Assembly (NCBI GenBank): GCA_051531975.1
Contig: JAOPTT010000006.1
Coordinates: forward strand, 96,656 to 160,655
Reading direction: 5' to 3'
DNA length: 64,000 nt
From: Spirochaetaceae bacterium
GTDB lineage: Bacteria > Spirochaetota > Spirochaetia > DSM-2461
Position 1 is the stretch's first letter; each line of letters opens with the position of its first letter. The position numbers and the translations under genes are program-made. Positions 40,057 to 49,924 of this stretch are shown here, in pieces. Under the pieces are notes generated by a model. It searched no databases and had not been told where the DNA came from. It saw only the letters and a program-made list of their open reading frames with translations.

Positions 40057-42054
40057 CTACCTTTTTTTACTCTCATAGTGGCTAAATTCCAATTCGAACC
40101 CTCCAGTTCCACTTGTTATTGACTTTAGATCTATAGCATATCTTAAGAATTCAGCCTGTGGGACTTGAGCAGTAATTATCCAGATACCTTCACCAATACT
40201 CTCTTGGTTCTGAATTTTCGCTCTTCTACCACCTAGATCAGATAAAACATCCCCAATATGTTTCTCAGGAATAAATACAGTTAAATCCTGAAAAGGTTCT
40301 AATATCTCAACTTTTGCATTTTCTAATGCAACTTTGAAGGCATTTTTAGCAGCCATTTTAAAGGCTAATTCAGACGAGTCAACAGCGTGCTCTTTACCAT
40401 CAATAACTTCAACTTTTATATCAACCATAGGATATTTTTTAAGAAATCCTTCGCTCATCCCTTCCCTAAGACCTCTTTCAATTCCAGCCATATAACCTTT
40501 ACTTATTACACCACCTTTTATAGCATTAATGAATTTAAAATCTTCACCTCTAGGTAAGGGACTTATTAAAATAGAACATCGTCCATACTGACCATGTCCT
40601 CCAGATTGTTTTTTATATGTATACTCACCGTTACTATTCTTTGTAATTGTCTCTCTAAAAGGTACCTTTGGAAGAGACTTTACAACATGGATTTTTGTAT
40701 TTTTATATATTTTATCAAGGACAATATCTATGTGTAATTCTCCCATACCAGAAATAACTGTCTCTTTTGTTTCACCGTTATATTTAATAGTAAAAGTTTT
40801 ATCTTGTTCAGCCTCTTTTTGTAGTATCTCAACAAGTTTATCCTCATCATTTTGTTTTTCTGGCTCTATGGCTACAGAAAATATAGGGTGGGGAAGTTCT
40901 AAAGGCTTAAAATGAATAATATGATCTATTGGACATACGGTATCGTTAGTATTTAATAAACTCTGCTTTGTAACAATTCCAATATCACCAGCTGTTAAAG
41001 TATTACATTCGTTAAGTTTTTTGCCTTCGCATGTATAAATTTTTCCAACCTTAAACTTTTTGTCTTCTCTTGGAGTGTAGTATTCTGTATTTGCTGTTAA
41101 TGATCCTGTTATAATCTTTATAAAACTAAGTTTCCCATTAAACTGGTCAAAAGATGTTTTAAATACAATACCTGAAAAGTTACCATCAGGAGTTATCATT
41201 GTAGATTTTTCACCAGTTACACATGGTTCTTCGATTTTAAAAGGGCATGGAGATTCTATAGAAATAAAGTCCATTAAAGGTTTTATTCCAGAATTATGAA
41301 GAACTGAACCACAAAAAACAGGAATGAATTTATTATCAAAAAGTCCCTCTCTTAATCCTTTTTTTACATCTTCTAAATTTAGAGTACCATCATCAAAGAA
41401 TTTTTCAGTTAATTCATCATCACCTTCGGCGGCAGCTTCAATTAATTTTTCATGATACTCATTTGCCATATCTTTATATTCTTCAGGAATATCACTAGCA
41501 ATACCTTCGCTATATGATTTCATATCTAATAGATTTATAACACCAGAAAAGTTTTCAGCTTCTCCCATTGGGATTGTAATTGGTATACAGGTAACATCAA
41601 ACTTTTTTATCTGTTCAATTACATCAAAGTAGTTTGCTCTGTTTTTTTCCATCTTGTTAATAAAAGCAATTCTAGGCATTTTTCTTTTATCTAATTGTCT
41701 CCAGAGTTTTACAGTCTCTATTTGAACCCCAGATCTACTACCAAAAATTACAACCGCAGATTCAGTAGCTCTAAATGCACTAATAACTTCCCCTGAAAAA
41801 TCTGATATTCCTGGAGTATCAAAAATATTAATTTTTCTATCAAGCCACTGTACATTAGAAATAGATGTATGTATTGATATCTTTCTATCAATTTCTTCAT
41901 CAGTAAAATCATTAGTCGTTCGACCTGTATCTACACTTTCAGCTTTTTTAATAACACCAGCATTAAAAAGAATTTGTTCACAAAGAGATGTCTTTCCAGT
42001 ATCTCCATGTCCACAAACAGAAATATTTCTTAACGATGCAGAATTATAACTCAT
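40057..42054 (-). CDS. Elongation factor G paralogue (EF-G II type)
   Basis: GHGDTGKT, DTPG, NKME, SGMGELH, KKQSGGHGQYG, HAVDSSELAF. Confidence 0.9.
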   Translation of the reverse strand: MSYNSASLRNISVCGHGDTGKTSLCEQILFNAGVIKKAESVDTGRTTNDFTDEEIDRKISIHTSISNVQWLDRKINIFDTPGISDFSGEVISAFRATESAVVIFGSRSGVQIETVKLWRQLDKRKMPRIAFINKMEKNRANYFDVIEQIKKFDVTCIPITIPMGEAENFSGVINLLDMKSYSEGIASDIPEEYKDMANEYHEKLIEAAAEGDDELTEKFFDDGTLNLEDVKKGLREGLFDNKFIPVFCGSVLHNSGIKPLMDFISIESPCPFKIEEPCVTGEKSTMITPDGNFSGIVFKTSFDQFNGKLSFIKIITGSLTANTEYYTPREDKKFKVGKIYTCEGKKLNECNTLTAGDIGIVTKQSLLNTNDTVCPIDHIIHFKPLELPHPIFSVAIEPEKQNDEDKLVEILQKEAEQDKTFTIKYNGETKETVISGMGELHIDIVLDKIYKNTKIHVVKSLPKVPFRETITKNSNGEYTYKKQSGGHGQYGRCSILISPLPRGEDFKFINAIKGGVISKGYMAGIERGLREGMSEGFLKKYPMVDIKVEVIDGKEHAVDSSELAFKMAAKNAFKVALENAKVEILEPFQDLTVFIPEKHIGDVLSDLGGRRAKIQNQESIGEGIWIITAQVPQAEFLRYAIDLKSITSGTGGFELEFSHYESKKR

Positions 42055-42184
42055 TTAGTCCTCCAAATAATATCATTATGTTATAACTTTAAACCTCAGT
42101 TCCCCTGTGGTCAATTATTTTATTTTTAATCCCTTTAATAGCAGATTGAAGAGTTATTTAATTCGTTGTAAACTAAATAAAGAA

Positions 42185-42901
42185 ATGAACAATAAAAATA
42201 TTTTTAATCTAACTGATTTTCAGGGACCACTTGATCTTCTTTTATATTTAATTAGAAAGAGTGAAATTAACATCTATGATATTCCAATCTCTGAAATAAC
42301 GGACCAATATTTAATTATATTAGATAACTCTGCTAATCATAACTTAGAAGATTTATCTGAATTTTATCTTATGGCCACAACTTTACTTTATATTAAATCA
42401 AGAATGTTATTACCAGTTGAAATCGATGTAGAAGAAGAAGCTGAAGATCCAAGAACTGATCTTGTTGCAAAATTGATAGATTATCAAAAATATAAAAAAA
42501 TATCAGAACTTATGAAGGATCGTTTTTATACAAGAGAATTAACTGAAGATACAATCAGGCCTAAAAGACAAATTCTATATAATGATGATATATGGGAAGA
42601 AGTAGAACTATCCGACTTATTCACAAGTTATAAGTCAATTAGAAAGTTAAATGATAGAGAAAAAATTGTTAATCTTACAGAAGAAGTTACAATAAATGAA
42701 AAAATTACATTAATAGATGAATTATTATCTACTAAAGAAGAATTTTATTTTGATGAACTAATTAAAGATAAACACTCTCTTATGGAGTTTGTTTGTTCGT
42801 TTTTAGCAATACTTGATTCTATAAAATATCGAGTTATACTAGTTTATCAAAATGTTCAATATGGAACAATATTATTAAAAAAAGGAGAAGGTGAACAATG
42901 A
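42185..42901 (+). CDS. scpA: Segregation and condensation protein A
   Basis: FQGPLDLLLYLI, IYDIPISEITDQYL, IKSRMLLP, FLAILD. Confidence 0.92.
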   Translation: MNNKNIFNLTDFQGPLDLLLYLIRKSEINIYDIPISEITDQYLIILDNSANHNLEDLSEFYLMATTLLYIKSRMLLPVEIDVEEEAEDPRTDLVAKLIDYQKYKKISELMKDRFYTRELTEDTIRPKRQILYNDDIWEEVELSDLFTSYKSIRKLNDREKIVNLTEEVTINEKITLIDELLSTKEEFYFDELIKDKHSLMEFVCSFLAILDSIKYRVILVYQNVQYGTILLKKGEGEQ

Positions 42902-43428
42902 ACCCTATAGCCTTAATTGAAGCAGCACTTTTTCTTGAAAGCAATCCTATAACTATTGATGAGCTATCAAAAAAACTTGACCTGTCTGTAGTAACGATTA
43001 ATGATACGTTACAGAGTTTAAAAGAAAAATATAACAACATAGATTCAGGTTTAGCTTTATATGAATTAAAAGATAGTTTTTTGTTGACTCCATCAAAAGA
43101 GTGTTGGGAAGAGTTAAAAGGTGTCTATGGAAAGAAATATGATGAGAAATTAAGCAAAGCTGCTCTTGAAACTCTCTCTATAATTGCTTATTCTCAACCA
43201 GTTACTAAAGCAGAAATTGATATTTTGCGAGGAGTTTCTGCTGATGGTATGGTAAGGTTGCTACAAAAAAGAGATCTTATAAAAATTGTAGGGAAAAAAG
43301 ATATACCAGGAAAACCTCCATTATTTGGTACAACAAAAGAGTTTTTAAAACTTTTTAAACTGTCTAGTATTTCTGATTTACCAAAATTAAAAGAAGAAGA
43401 TAAGGAAAAATTTGAATTAAATGCCTGA
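42898..43428 (+). CDS. scpB: Segregation and condensation protein B
   Basis: IEAALF, LSKAALETLSIIAYSQPVTKAEI..LRGV, PG.P.LFGTT.EFL..F. Confidence 0.95.
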   Translation: MNPIALIEAALFLESNPITIDELSKKLDLSVVTINDTLQSLKEKYNNIDSGLALYELKDSFLLTPSKECWEELKGVYGKKYDEKLSKAALETLSIIAYSQPVTKAEIDILRGVSADGMVRLLQKRDLIKIVGKKDIPGKPPLFGTTKEFLKLFKLSSISDLPKLKEEDKEKFELNA

Positions 43429-44932
43429 TCAAATTAGATTACAAGTGTATCTTGCCAAGTGCGGGATAGCTTCAAGAAGAAAATGTGAAGAGATTATCGC
43501 TCAAGGCCGGGTTACAGTTAATGGAAAAACAATATTAACTGCTGGAACAAAAGTAGATGAAGATGACATCGTTACATACGATGGTAGAAAGATAAGACAA
43601 GCAAAACAAAAAATATATATTGCGTTACATAAACCAAGTAAATTTTTATGTTCAACAACTGATCCAGATGAAAGACCACTAGCAATTGATCTGATTGCTC
43701 CTAGTATTCAACAAAGACTATTTTATGTTGGGCGTCTAGATTATTTAACTTCAGGTATAATCTTTTTTACAAATGATGGTGAATTTTCAAAAAAAATGAC
43801 ACATCCATCAACACATATTGAGAAAGAGTATGTAGTTACAACAAAAGATGAAATTCCTGTTGAACTAATGGAAGAGTTTAAGAAAGGTATATATGTACTT
43901 GGTGAACGATTTAAAATGAAGGACTATGAATTTAAAGGTCCAAGAACTGTTCATATAATATTAGAAGAAGGAAAAAATAGAGAACTTCGAAAAGTCTTTT
44001 TATCTAGAAATGTATCTGTTAAAAAAGTACATAGAATTAGAATAGGTAATGTTGATTTAAAAGGTATCCATTCAGGTCACTTTAGAAAATTAACAGATAA
44101 AGAAGTTAGACTTTTAACAAAAGCAGCTGATCTTAAGGGTGAGGGTGAAACTTTATTAAAGAAGAAGAGTATTAGCCATGTTAAAACTGTAGAGAAGCAG
44201 CTTAGATCTATCGAAAAAGAAAATATTTCTGAAAAATTAGATATTCCAACTGATAGTAGTAATAACTTCAAAGATAAAAAAACATCCTCAAAAAGAAGTT
44301 TTGGTAATTCTAAAAAACCTTCTAGTGGAAAAAGAAGTTATTCTGAAGATGATAAAACGACCTTTGGGAGAAGAAGTTCTTCTGATTCTAGTAGACCTTC
44401 CTCTTATAAAAGAAGTTATTCGGATTCTAGTAAACCCTCATCTGGTAAGAGAAGTTATTCAGATTCAAGTAAACCTTCTTCAGGAAAAAGAAGTTATTCT
44501 GATTCCAATAATCCATATGCAGGAAAAAGAAGTTATTCAGATTCTAGCAAACCTTCCTCAGGTAAAAGAAGTTATAATGATTCAGACAGATCATCTTCTG
44601 GAAAAAGAAGTTATTCCGATTTTGGCAAACCATCTTCTGGAAAAAGAAATTATTCTGATACTGGTAGACCGACTTCAGGAAAAAGAAATTATAATGATTC
44701 AGACAGATCATCTTCTGGAAAGAGAAATTATTCTGATACTGGTAAACCGACTTCTGGAAAAAGAAATTATTCTGATTCAGACAGATCATCTTCAGGAAAA
44801 AGAAATTATTCTGATTCTGATAGATCATCTTCTGGTAAAAGAAACTTTTCAAGAAGTAATGATAGCAATAGATCAAATAATTCACGACATTCAGGTAATA
44901 AAAATAGTTTTTCAAGGGATAATAAAAGATGA
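43421..44932 (+). CDS. rluB: RluB/RsuA-family pseudouridine synthase with long repetitive C-terminal tail
   Basis: S4 domain RLQVYLAKCGIASRRKCE; catalytic VGRLD; EGKNRE; position after scpAB. Confidence 0.88.
   Translation: MPDQIRLQVYLAKCGIASRRKCEEIIAQGRVTVNGKTILTAGTKVDEDDIVTYDGRKIRQAKQKIYIALHKPSKFLCSTTDPDERPLAIDLIAPSIQQRLFYVGRLDYLTSGIIFFTNDGEFSKKMTHPSTHIEKEYVVTTKDEIPVELMEEFKKGIYVLGERFKMKDYEFKGPRTVHIILEEGKNRELRKVFLSRNVSVKKVHRIRIGNVDLKGIHSGHFRKLTDKEVRLLTKAADLKGEGETLLKKKSISHVKTVEKQLRSIEKENISEKLDIPTDSSNNFKDKKTSSKRSFGNSKKPSSGKRSYSEDDKTTFGRRSSSDSSRPSSYKRSYSDSSKPSSGKRSYSDSSKPSSGKRSYSDSNNPYAGKRSYSDSSKPSSGKRSYNDSDRSSSGKRSYSDFGKPSSGKRNYSDTGRPTSGKRNYNDSDRSSSGKRNYSDTGKPTSGKRNYSDSDRSSSGKRNYSDSDRSSSGKRNFSRSNDSNRSNNSRHSGNKNSFSRDNKR
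44294..44850 (+). repeat. 14 tandem degenerate 39-bp repeats (13 aa, R(S/N)YSDSxxxSSGK) plus a partial 15th
   Basis: AAAAGAA(G/A)TTAT recurs every 39 nt from 44294 to 44840. Confidence 0.95.
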
Positions 44933-47268
44933 TAGTAGCAATAGATGGACCTGCAGGAGTAGGAAAAAGTTCAATTGCTAAAATGATTGCAAAAAAATTA
45001 AATATATTTCATTTAAATAGTGGTAATTTTTATAGAGCAATAACATATATGGTAATCACAAATAAATTAGATGTTACTGATACTGCAGCAATTGAAGATT
45101 TAGCGTTATCTCTAAATGTAGAAGTTAAAGATAGAGAGTTTTACGTTAATGGAGTAAATGTAGACAAAGAATTACACAGTGATAGTGTTGATTCAAATGT
45201 CGGTTTAGTTTCTTCAATAGTTAAAGTTAGAGATATTGTTAATGATATGGTTAGAAAAATAGGTAAAACTTTAGATCTTGTTATTGAAGGTAGAGATATT
45301 ACTACGGTAGTATTCCCAGATGCAGAAGCTAAATTTTACTTTGATGCTGAGCCTTCAATACGTGCAAAAAGGCGTTTTGATCAAGGTTTAAGTGACTTAA
45401 CTATAGAAGAAATTACTAAGTCAATTGAAGAAAGAGATGACATTGATAGGAATAAAGCTGTTGGAAGCTTAAAAATATCGAAGTCTGCGCAATATATTGA
45501 CACAACACTATTGACGATAGATGCAGTTTGTGACAAAGTATTTACTAAGATAAATGAATTAATTGGAACCGGGAGAACAGAACAGGTTATGACAGAAATG
45601 GATGCTAAAGCGGATCAGACGAATCTACAAGAGGAGTACCTTAAAGCCCTAGATAGTATGGAAGAGGGACAACTAGTAGATGGACAAGTAATACATATTG
45701 ATTCAGATCACGTTTTTATTGATGTAGGGTATAAGTCGGAAGGACGTATACCATTGAATGAGTTTTCTGGTAAAACACCAGAATTAGGTGATGTAGTTTC
45801 AGTCGTTATTGTAAAAAAAGAAGGACGAAACGGGGAATTAGTAGTTTCTAAAAAGAAAGCAGACCTAAAAGTTGTTTGGAAAGATCTTAAAACAGCATTC
45901 AATGATGGAACACCTGTCAAAGGTACAATTGTTAAATCAATTAAGGGTGGTTTTGAAGTTAACTTAGGTGGAGACGTTATTGCGTTTATGCCAATATCTA
46001 AAGCAGATATTGTTAAAGTTGATAAGCCAGAAAAATATATTGGACTAGAGTGTGATTTCTCATTAGAAAAACTATATGGTGAGAAAAAAGCAAACGTTGT
46101 TGTTTCAAGAAGAAAACTTCTTGAAGAAAGAATGGAAGCTAGTCGAAAAGAATTCTTCGAAACTAAAAAAGAGGGCGATATCGTTAATGGTAAAGTTAAA
46201 AGCTTTACATCATTTGGTGCTTTTATCGATCTTGGTGGTTTTGACGGTCTTTTACATATTAATGATATGAGTTGGGGTCATGTTTCTAGACCTAAAGACT
46301 TCGTAAAGAAAAATGATGAAGTTGAATTAAAGATAATCAGATTAGATGAAGCTGAAAAGAGAATAAATCTTTCTCTTAAACACTTTACTGAAGATCCTTG
46401 GGTAACTTTTCAAGATAACTTCCATTCCGGTGATGTTATTAACGGTAAAGTTACTAAATTAACTGATTTTGGTGCATTTATCGAGATTGTTCCTGGTGTT
46501 GAAGGTTTAGCTCACATCTCTGAATTATCATGGGTAAAAAGAGTAAAACATCCTAAAGAGTTATTTTCAATTGGTGACCCAGTTGAAGCTATGATCTTAG
46601 ACTACGATGTAGAAGAAGGTCGAATTTCATTAGGTGTTAAACATGTACTTCCAAATCCATGGGATGATATCATTGATAGATGTCCATGTGGTGAAAAATT
46701 AGAGCTTGAAATTAAAAAAGTTACTAATGCAGGTGCTTTCTTAGAAGTTGAAGAAGGTATTGATGGATTTTTACACGTTGAAGATTTAACTTGGGATAAT
46801 AAAACTCCTAAACCATCAACAGTTTTTACAGCTGGTGAAAAAATGGAGTGTTGTATAGTTGGTATCGATGCTGATTCTAGAAGAATTAGATTAGGTGTTA
46901 AACAATTGCATGATAATCCTTGGGAAGATTTTGAGAAGAAAAACCCAATTGGTACAATTATCGAAGGTGAAGTTACAAATAAAGCTGAGTTTGGTGTATT
47001 TGTTGCATTAGGTAATAATATCGAAGGTTTAATTCACAAATCTAACCTAGCTTCTTCTAAAGAAGTTAGTTATGAAGATGCATTAGAAGCTGTAAACAAA
47101 GGTGATAAACTTAGAGCTGCAGTTACTGATATAAACATTTTTAAACAAAAAGTATCTTTATCTGTTCGTGAAGTAACAATGCACGAAGAGAGAAAAGAGA
47201 TTTCTAAATATCTTGATGGTGAAACACAGGATGATGGAACTTATACATTAGGTGACATGTTAAAATAG
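44929..47268 (+). CDS. cmk-rpsA: Cytidylate kinase - 30S ribosomal protein S1 fusion
   Basis: AIDGPAGVGKS, EGRDI, RD..D..; then S1 repeats DVGYKSEG, FGAFIDLGGFDGLLH, FGAFIEI..GVEGLAH; single ORF. Confidence 0.93.
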   Translation: MIVAIDGPAGVGKSSIAKMIAKKLNIFHLNSGNFYRAITYMVITNKLDVTDTAAIEDLALSLNVEVKDREFYVNGVNVDKELHSDSVDSNVGLVSSIVKVRDIVNDMVRKIGKTLDLVIEGRDITTVVFPDAEAKFYFDAEPSIRAKRRFDQGLSDLTIEEITKSIEERDDIDRNKAVGSLKISKSAQYIDTTLLTIDAVCDKVFTKINELIGTGRTEQVMTEMDAKADQTNLQEEYLKALDSMEEGQLVDGQVIHIDSDHVFIDVGYKSEGRIPLNEFSGKTPELGDVVSVVIVKKEGRNGELVVSKKKADLKVVWKDLKTAFNDGTPVKGTIVKSIKGGFEVNLGGDVIAFMPISKADIVKVDKPEKYIGLECDFSLEKLYGEKKANVVVSRRKLLEERMEASRKEFFETKKEGDIVNGKVKSFTSFGAFIDLGGFDGLLHINDMSWGHVSRPKDFVKKNDEVELKIIRLDEAEKRINLSLKHFTEDPWVTFQDNFHSGDVINGKVTKLTDFGAFIEIVPGVEGLAHISELSWVKRVKHPKELFSIGDPVEAMILDYDVEEGRISLGVKHVLPNPWDDIIDRCPCGEKLELEIKKVTNAGAFLEVEEGIDGFLHVEDLTWDNKTPKPSTVFTAGEKMECCIVGIDADSRRIRLGVKQLHDNPWEDFEKKNPIGTIIEGEVTNKAEFGVFVALGNNIEGLIHKSNLASSKEVSYEDALEAVNKGDKLRAAVTDINIFKQKVSLSVREVTMHEERKEISKYLDGETQDDGTYTLGDMLK

Positions 47269-47285
47269 AAATATATATAACTATA

Positions 47286-47316
47286 AAGGAGAGGCTATTG
47301 TCTCTCCTTTTTTTTT
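47286..47316 (+). terminator. Intrinsic terminator after cmk-rpsA
   Basis: AAGGAGAGGC-TATT-GTCTCTCCTT + T-run. Confidence 0.85.
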
Positions 47317-48259
47317 GAGGAATAATATAATAGAAATGAATAATTGTTTATATTTACCTGAAAAACTAATTACTCAACTAAATCAAATTGCAAAATCTGA
47401 CGCAACTTTATTACTTCTAGGTGAAAGTGGAGTTGGTAAAGAGATAATCGCAAATCGTGTACATACTCTATCAACAAGAAATAAAATAGAACCTATAATA
47501 ATTAATATTGCTGCAATCCCAGCTGATCTATTAGAAAGGGAACTGTTTGGTTCAGTAAAAGGAGCTTTTACTGGTTCTGAATCAGATTATATTGGTGTTT
47601 TTAAGAGAGCTCATAAATCAACTCTAATATTAGATGAAATTGCTGAGATTCCACTAACAATACAAGGTAAACTATTAAATGTTTTAGAGTATGGTGTAAT
47701 TCAACCAATAGGTAGTAATGAGTCATTTAAAGTTGATTGTAGAATTATTGCAATAACAAATAAAGATGTAAATGAGCAAATTGAAAAAGGTCTATTTAGA
47801 AAAGATCTGTATTATAGATTAAATGTTATAACTTTTAATGTTCCTCCACTGCGGAATAGAGTACAATTTATTAAACAATTGATCTTCGATTTGATAGGTG
47901 TGTTCTCTTCTGAAAATGAAAAATATTCTATCTCAGATGAAGCTTTATCCCAACTAATTAGTTATCATTGGCCTGGTAATATTCGGGAACTCAGTAATAC
48001 GATAGAAAGAGCAATAACTTTAAGTAATAACAGTGAAATAACTTCTGAAAATTTATTGCTTTCTTCTGATAATAACGTTAATATATCGAGTGCTACTTTA
48101 AAAGAGGCAGTAGATCATTTCAAGAAAAACTATATTATGAAAGTTCTTGAGTTTAATGGTTGGAATGTAACAAAAAGTGCAAAAATATTAGGCATACAAA
48201 GAACTTATCTTTCGAGACTAATAAAAGAATTATATATGGATGAGAGGAATTTTACTTAA
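47315..48259 (+). CDS. Sigma54-dependent-type enhancer-binding protein (AAA+ and Fis HTH, no N-terminal sensor)
   Basis: GESGVGKE, ELFG..KGAFTGS, LDEI, FRKDLYYRLNV, WPGNIREL, C-terminal HTH; start may be ATG 47336. Confidence 0.88.
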   Translation: MRNNIIEMNNCLYLPEKLITQLNQIAKSDATLLLLGESGVGKEIIANRVHTLSTRNKIEPIIINIAAIPADLLERELFGSVKGAFTGSESDYIGVFKRAHKSTLILDEIAEIPLTIQGKLLNVLEYGVIQPIGSNESFKVDCRIIAITNKDVNEQIEKGLFRKDLYYRLNVITFNVPPLRNRVQFIKQLIFDLIGVFSSENEKYSISDEALSQLISYHWPGNIRELSNTIERAITLSNNSEITSENLLLSSDNNVNISSATLKEAVDHFKKNYIMKVLEFNGWNVTKSAKILGIQRTYLSRLIKELYMDERNFT

Positions 48260-48930
48260 TGAAAGAAACTACAAAAAAAACAACTAATCAGATTATTTCT
48301 GAATTTTTAACAAGTAAGAAAAAAGTATTATTTATAATATTAGCAGTAATTGCAGTAACGGTTCTACTATTTGGATTGTTTTCAAACTTACAACTAAAAA
48401 AAATGAGCAAAATGATAAACTCAACAACAAAATTAGACATGCTATATAATGAAGTATTAAGTTCAGAAAATGATGGTCAGGAGTTTCTTGATTATGCAAC
48501 AGATCTAATTAATAATCAGAGTAGTACTAAAGCAGAGCTTATTGCATATTCAAGACTAGCTTCGTATTATTTCGATAAAGAAGATTTTCAAAAATCTGCA
48601 GATAATTATACTCTAGCATTTACAAACTTTCCAAATGATATTGCTGCAAGTGTTTATATGTTTAATGCTGCAATGGCACTAGAAGAGTTAGGTCAAGTAA
48701 AAGAGACAATTTCAATATTAGAATCAATTGTAACTAAATATAAAAGTTCAGAATTAGATAAAGAAGATACTAGTGCAGATGTTCCTGAAGCAATTTTTAA
48801 CCTTGGAAGACTTTATGAGTCTGAAGGTGATATTTCTAAAGCTATTGAACAATATGAATTATTAGTTGCAGAGTACCAAAGCTATAATTTATCTAGTTTA
48901 GCTAAAACAAGGTTATTATCAATTAAATAA
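48259..48930 (+). CDS. Membrane-anchored TPR protein (YfgM-like)
   Basis: Single TM then TPR-like helices (YMFNAAMALEELG, AIFNLGRLYE). Confidence 0.75.
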   Translation: MKETTKKTTNQIISEFLTSKKKVLFIILAVIAVTVLLFGLFSNLQLKKMSKMINSTTKLDMLYNEVLSSENDGQEFLDYATDLINNQSSTKAELIAYSRLASYYFDKEDFQKSADNYTLAFTNFPNDIAASVYMFNAAMALEELGQVKETISILESIVTKYKSSELDKEDTSADVPEAIFNLGRLYESEGDISKAIEQYELLVAEYQSYNLSSLAKTRLLSIK

Positions 48931-48932
48931 AT

Positions 48933-49562
48933 ATGATTAAAATACTGATGAAGTTATTCCTATTAACACTCATTTTTGGTTGTGGAATACCTTCATTTGA
49001 TTATATTGATGGTGCCAATGTTATAGATAATAATTCAGACTATATATTGGAATCAGAGATAGATTTATCATCGTCACCATTAATTACAGGTTTTACTCTG
49101 TATTCTAGGTATTATACCGAAACACAAAATAGTAAATATTTTGAATCATTAGAAATATCTGATATTTCAAACGGTTCAGAACAATATCTTAAAGATTTAG
49201 GATATACAGTTGTAACATATAGTGACAGTGATAATGATTCAATAAGTATAGGTAGTACTGTCGAATTACTTATTAAAGATGATGATCTGTCTACAGTCTT
49301 AATACTAAGTGATGCCAGAGAATTTATATTACATAGTTCTTATTCTTCTGAAAATATAAACTTTTTCCATACTATTGGAAGTTATTCTGATGAAGAAGGT
49401 GCAATTTTTTTAAATGATTATACAAATGATCTAGATGATGTTAATATTGCAACCATAAAAATAGAATTTTCAATTATTAACAAAGGTATAAGTTCTGACT
49501 TTGAACATCTAGAAAGTGTACCAGTATACCTAGGAACTTTAGAAATCGATACACTACAATAG
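48933..49562 (+). CDS. Hypothetical lipoprotein
   Basis: Lipobox LIFGC. Confidence 0.65.
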   Translation: MIKILMKLFLLTLIFGCGIPSFDYIDGANVIDNNSDYILESEIDLSSSPLITGFTLYSRYYTETQNSKYFESLEISDISNGSEQYLKDLGYTVVTYSDSDNDSISIGSTVELLIKDDDLSTVLILSDAREFILHSSYSSENINFFHTIGSYSDEEGAIFLNDYTNDLDDVNIATIKIEFSIINKGISSDFEHLESVPVYLGTLEIDTLQ

Positions 49563-49571
49563 AGGATATTT

Positions 49572-49868
49572 ATGATACTTTTATCTTTTCAAATATTAAT
49601 TATAAACTTTATAGTTGCAGGATTGGTCTCAGCTTTGACATATTTTTCATATAAAAAAATACGATCATTTAATCCTTTTTTACTATTTATCATTTCATCT
49701 TTAGGAACATTTCTTGGTACAATTGTAGCTGTAATGATTCCTGGATTCAAATTTACATTCGACTCAATGTTACTTAATAATTTAATACTTTCAATTCCTG
49801 GAGTTTCATTTTCCATACTATTTATTTACATATGGTACAAAGGAAGTAAAACTGAAGGTTTTGTTTAA
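49572..49868 (+). CDS. Small membrane protein
   Basis: Three hydrophobic helices; SD GAGG. Confidence 0.6.
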   Translation: MILLSFQILIINFIVAGLVSALTYFSYKKIRSFNPFLLFIISSLGTFLGTIVAVMIPGFKFTFDSMLLNNLILSIPGVSFSILFIYIWYKGSKTEGFV

Positions 49869-49924
49869 AATATATGTGACACATTTTAGTATTTTGTTTA
49901 TTATATATATATAAGGAGAATATT

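Noticed and set aside
44294..44850. 39-bp periodic array as CRISPR
   Set aside because: No unique spacers; in-frame coding repeat.
44301..44981. 226-aa +1-frame ORF and 123-aa antisense ORF over the rluB tail
   Set aside because: A stop-free 39-bp repeat unit keeps alternative frames open; no SD, and variation is synonymous-biased in the rluB frame.
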